Below, one piece after another: positions 44,118 to 46,696 of a stretch of 46,696 nucleotides of DNA (its first letter is position 1; each line of letters opens with the position of its first letter). Made by a program: the position numbers and the translations under genes. Origin of the DNA: a virus (taxonomy: Duplodnaviria > Caudoviricetes); the IMG/VR virus record IMGVR_UViG_3300005323_000059, positions 1-46,696 of that record. One strand, 5' to 3'. The notes beneath the pieces are model-generated. The model was not told the origin of the DNA. It ran no database searches and saw nothing but the letters and a program-made list of their open reading frames with translations.

Positions 44118-45305
44118 TTAATTATTTTTTGCCAGATCACGCAATACCTCCAAAACATAATCCGCCATCTCGTCCGTGATGGTCGGCGACAGGAACAGCC
44201 AAAATCCATTGTCCATGATCCAATTCGTGTTTTTCAAATCGCCAATGACGCGATGCTCAATATCCTTGTACGCTGGTTGTCTCAATATATTTCCGGCAAA
44301 CATCCGGCGGTTGCCGATCTTGTACTTTTCTTCCAGTGTCCGGCAGAATGACTGCGTGTCATGTTTCTCCCTGAACGTCAACGGGAAGCCGAACCATGCC
44401 GGATCACTGCCCGGTGTCGCTTCCGGCAGCCAGAACACATCTTCAAGGTCTTTCAGCCCGTCATAGTATTTCTTGAATAGCTGCTTGCGCCTCTCGATGA
44501 ACTCTGACAGCTTACTCATCTGCGCCACGCCCAGCGCGGCTTGCATTTCGGTCATGTTTAGATTGTATCCAATATGCGAGTAGGTGTACTTGTGATCGTA
44601 CTCCCCATCGAACCGATGTCCGCATGAGTTATCCGTATTTGGCGGACACCAGCAATCACGCCCCCAATCCCTGAACGAGCGCATGAGTTTATAGAGTAGT
44701 GGGTCATTCGTGCAAACTGCCCCACCCTCGCCGGTTGTGATGTGGTGAGCGGGATAGAATGAATAGGTGGAAATATCGCCGCAATGACAATCCTTATTGA
44801 TTGCGTCACAATTATCAAATAAAGAATAAGATTCTGTTCGCACCGGAAACATAGAATATATGAGGGGTATCTCATTCCCCAAAAACGCTGGGAAAAATAT
44901 CGCATTATTGCTCTTATGTTCAAATGTTTGTTTTTCTGGAACATAATATGGCAGCTCCACATCCACAAACACCGGCACTAATCCGCATTGGATAATCGGA
45001 TTGACTGTAGTGGGGAAGTTCAGCGCAGTTGTGATGACTTCATCCCCTTTTTTCAAGCGGCGTTCTCCCAGTTCCTCCGCCGTCAATGCAGATAAGGCGA
45101 TCAGGTTGGCCGATGATCCGCTATTGGTCAACAGGCAGTATTTCGCGCCCACAAACTCGCATAGCATCCGCTCAAACTTGCGCGAGAAGTCGCCGTAGGT
45201 GTAACATTCGGACTGGGCTACCTTGTGCAGATTGACCCATTCTTCAAGCCCTACAGACTGGTTGCGAATGGGGATGTGGGTTTCGCCAGGGATGAATTTG
45301 TTCAT
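44118..45305 (-). CDS. rfbH: CDP-4-keto-6-deoxyglucose 3-dehydrase E1 (RfbH/DdhC)
   Basis: NSGSSANL, SFYPAHHITTGEGG (His instead of the PLP Lys), [2Fe-2S] motif GRDCWC...C...DHKYTYSHIGYN, AGNILRQPAY. Confidence 0.9.
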   Translation of the reverse strand: MNKFIPGETHIPIRNQSVGLEEWVNLHKVAQSECYTYGDFSRKFERMLCEFVGAKYCLLTNSGSSANLIALSALTAEELGERRLKKGDEVITTALNFPTTVNPIIQCGLVPVFVDVELPYYVPEKQTFEHKSNNAIFFPAFLGNEIPLIYSMFPVRTESYSLFDNCDAINKDCHCGDISTYSFYPAHHITTGEGGAVCTNDPLLYKLMRSFRDWGRDCWCPPNTDNSCGHRFDGEYDHKYTYSHIGYNLNMTEMQAALGVAQMSKLSEFIERRKQLFKKYYDGLKDLEDVFWLPEATPGSDPAWFGFPLTFREKHDTQSFCRTLEEKYKIGNRRMFAGNILRQPAYKDIEHRVIGDLKNTNWIMDNGFWLFLSPTITDEMADYVLEVLRDLAKNN

Positions 45306-45617
45306 TCAATAATCCGCAAAATCTAAATCGTCAGCGTATTCGCGATCAACCACGTAAAGCCCTTTGTCGGTTTTTATATAATACTTTTCCTCGTGTCCAC
45401 TATATGGGGTAATAAAATTTGGACAAACCAATCTTGTGCAAGAAACATTGATTAAAGACCCATCCCTTGAATTCATAGGTAATACTGGATGTATCTGATG
45501 TGTTTTTTGGATCATTTTTGCGCCGCAATATCTACACCAACGCTCTTTTATTTTATTCGTTTTACTCTTTATATATAAAGTGTCCCCGTTTTTTAAACTA
45601 ATGATTTTTTTTGCCAT
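45306..45617 (-). CDS. Hypothetical AT-rich protein with CxxC
   Basis: 103 aa, CRYCG...CP..H; SD GGGAGG. Confidence 0.55.
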   Translation of the reverse strand: MAKKIISLKNGDTLYIKSKTNKIKERWCRYCGAKMIQKTHQIHPVLPMNSRDGSLINVSCTRLVCPNFITPYSGHEEKYYIKTDKGLYVVDREYADDLDFADY

Positions 45618-45647
45618 TTGTGCCTCCCGCGCTTATAGTACAACATT

Positions 45648-46616
45648 TTACTTATCTTTGCAACCCAAATAATCTTTGTACCAGACAACAGTTTCTTTCA
45701 GCCCGCGAGCAAATGAATACTGCGGTTTCCAATTGAGATTAGTTCGCGCTTTAGTGGAATCCAGCCATTGATATTTTATTTCGTTCTCTACTTTACCCAA
45801 CACATCGTACTTGGTCTTTACGCCCATCTCGTTGCAGATAGCGTCAATCACATCTCTTACAGTCAGTTCTTCGCTCGTGCTGAAGTTATACGCCCCCTGC
45901 GCGCAACATTGCGACATGAGCATATAAGCACTGACTGTATCTTTGACGTAGAAATAATCGCGTGTTTCATCGCCATTGCCGGATATTTCCGGGATCTCGC
46001 CACGTATGATCTTTCGAATAGTGCGCGGTATCAGGCGCGACCAGTTCACGTCCCCGCCCCCGTAAATGTTCCCGCAGCGGGTAATCCCAATAGGCACGCG
46101 ATAGGTATTGAGATAGGTCTGCGCCATCAGATCAGCGGTAGACTTCGAACAATCATACGGGTGTGTGCCATTGACCGGGTCGTCCTCAATGTACATGCGG
46201 CGCTCAAACAACTCCCCATACGCCTTATCGGATGATGCCAAAGCCAGATGCCTTAGTTTCTTGTGGTTTCTGCACGCCTCCAATACATTTAGCGTGGTCA
46301 AGATATTATTAGATAGCGTTGGGTATGGCGCATCATTGGCTATGCCAACGACTGTCTGCGCGGCCAAATGAAAGACTGAATCGATCTCATACTCTGCCAA
46401 CACGCGCTCAATCAGATTACGGTCATACAAATCCCCCTTGACGATATTGCAATAATCGAACGAATCACCATTAATTAACATCGAATCTGGCCGGTGGTCT
46501 CTGATGATGCAGGTAACATTCGCGCCCGCATCCAAAAGACGCTCGACCAGATACGAACCAACAAACCCTGTCGCGCCGGTAACAAGAACCGGCTTGTCAA
46601 TCCAAAATTTATTCAT
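45648..46616 (-). CDS. rfbG: NDP(CDP)-glucose 4,6-dehydratase, RfbG/DdhB-like
   Basis: FW.DKPVLVTGATGFVG, SSDKAYG, YDCSK (YxxxK), RCGNIYGGGD...RLIP. Confidence 0.8.
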   Translation of the reverse strand: MNKFWIDKPVLVTGATGFVGSYLVERLLDAGANVTCIIRDHRPDSMLINGDSFDYCNIVKGDLYDRNLIERVLAEYEIDSVFHLAAQTVVGIANDAPYPTLSNNILTTLNVLEACRNHKKLRHLALASSDKAYGELFERRMYIEDDPVNGTHPYDCSKSTADLMAQTYLNTYRVPIGITRCGNIYGGGDVNWSRLIPRTIRKIIRGEIPEISGNGDETRDYFYVKDTVSAYMLMSQCCAQGAYNFSTSEELTVRDVIDAICNEMGVKTKYDVLGKVENEIKYQWLDSTKARTNLNWKPQYSFARGLKETVVWYKDYLGCKDK

Positions 46617-46696
46617 GCGCCTCCCTGCGCTATGCTATTCTTCCTTCGGCTTTTTGTCTAATTCGGAAGGTTTTACATCCGGTCTTTTCGCGTCTA
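46551..46696. repeat. Terminal overlap with 1-146
   Basis: Direct repeat of window start. Confidence 0.95.

Noticed and set aside
613-46371. Plus-strand ORFs in the ORF track (e.g. 35864-36532, 42790-43263, 45768-46235)
   Set aside because: Nearly all are antisense shadows of well-supported minus-strand genes; the rest lie over non-coding structured regions. None shows recognisable motifs.

Overview
The window is an apparently complete, circularly permuted tailed-phage (siphovirus-like) genome of about 46,550 bp; bases 1-146 reappear at 46551-46696 with 4 mismatches. Essentially all genes lie on the minus strand. In transcription order: early genes (RHH-like regulator, putative recombinase, ncRNA cluster, DNA methyltransferase, HNH, O-like initiator with iterons, DnaB, SSB, many small ORFs); holin and GH25 endolysin; TerS, TerL and portal; a 9-kb nucleotide-sugar cluster; minor head protein, scaffold, capsid and decoration; two glycosyltransferases; head-tail and tail genes; metallophosphoesterase, GIY-YIG endonuclease and tRNA-Thr(CGT). 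I recognised no integrase, CI-type repressor or spanin. The most striking feature is the sugar cluster inside the head module. It encodes an RfbG/DdhB-like dehydratase, an RfbH/DdhC E1 3-dehydrase, a YerE-like TPP enzyme split into three domain-sized genes, an SDR, a C-methyltransferase-like protein and two radical SAM enzymes. With the GT4 and GT-A glycosyltransferases right behind the capsid genes, this suggests virion glycosylation with a phage-made branched 3,6-dideoxysugar (inference). Several non-coding regions fold into unexplained structures: three tRNA-shaped elements (one about 200 nt), a roughly 370-nt antisense-oriented RNA candidate, a C4/CI-like leader and an anti-SD leader before the GT4 gene. 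All calls come from reading motifs by eye; no searches were run.
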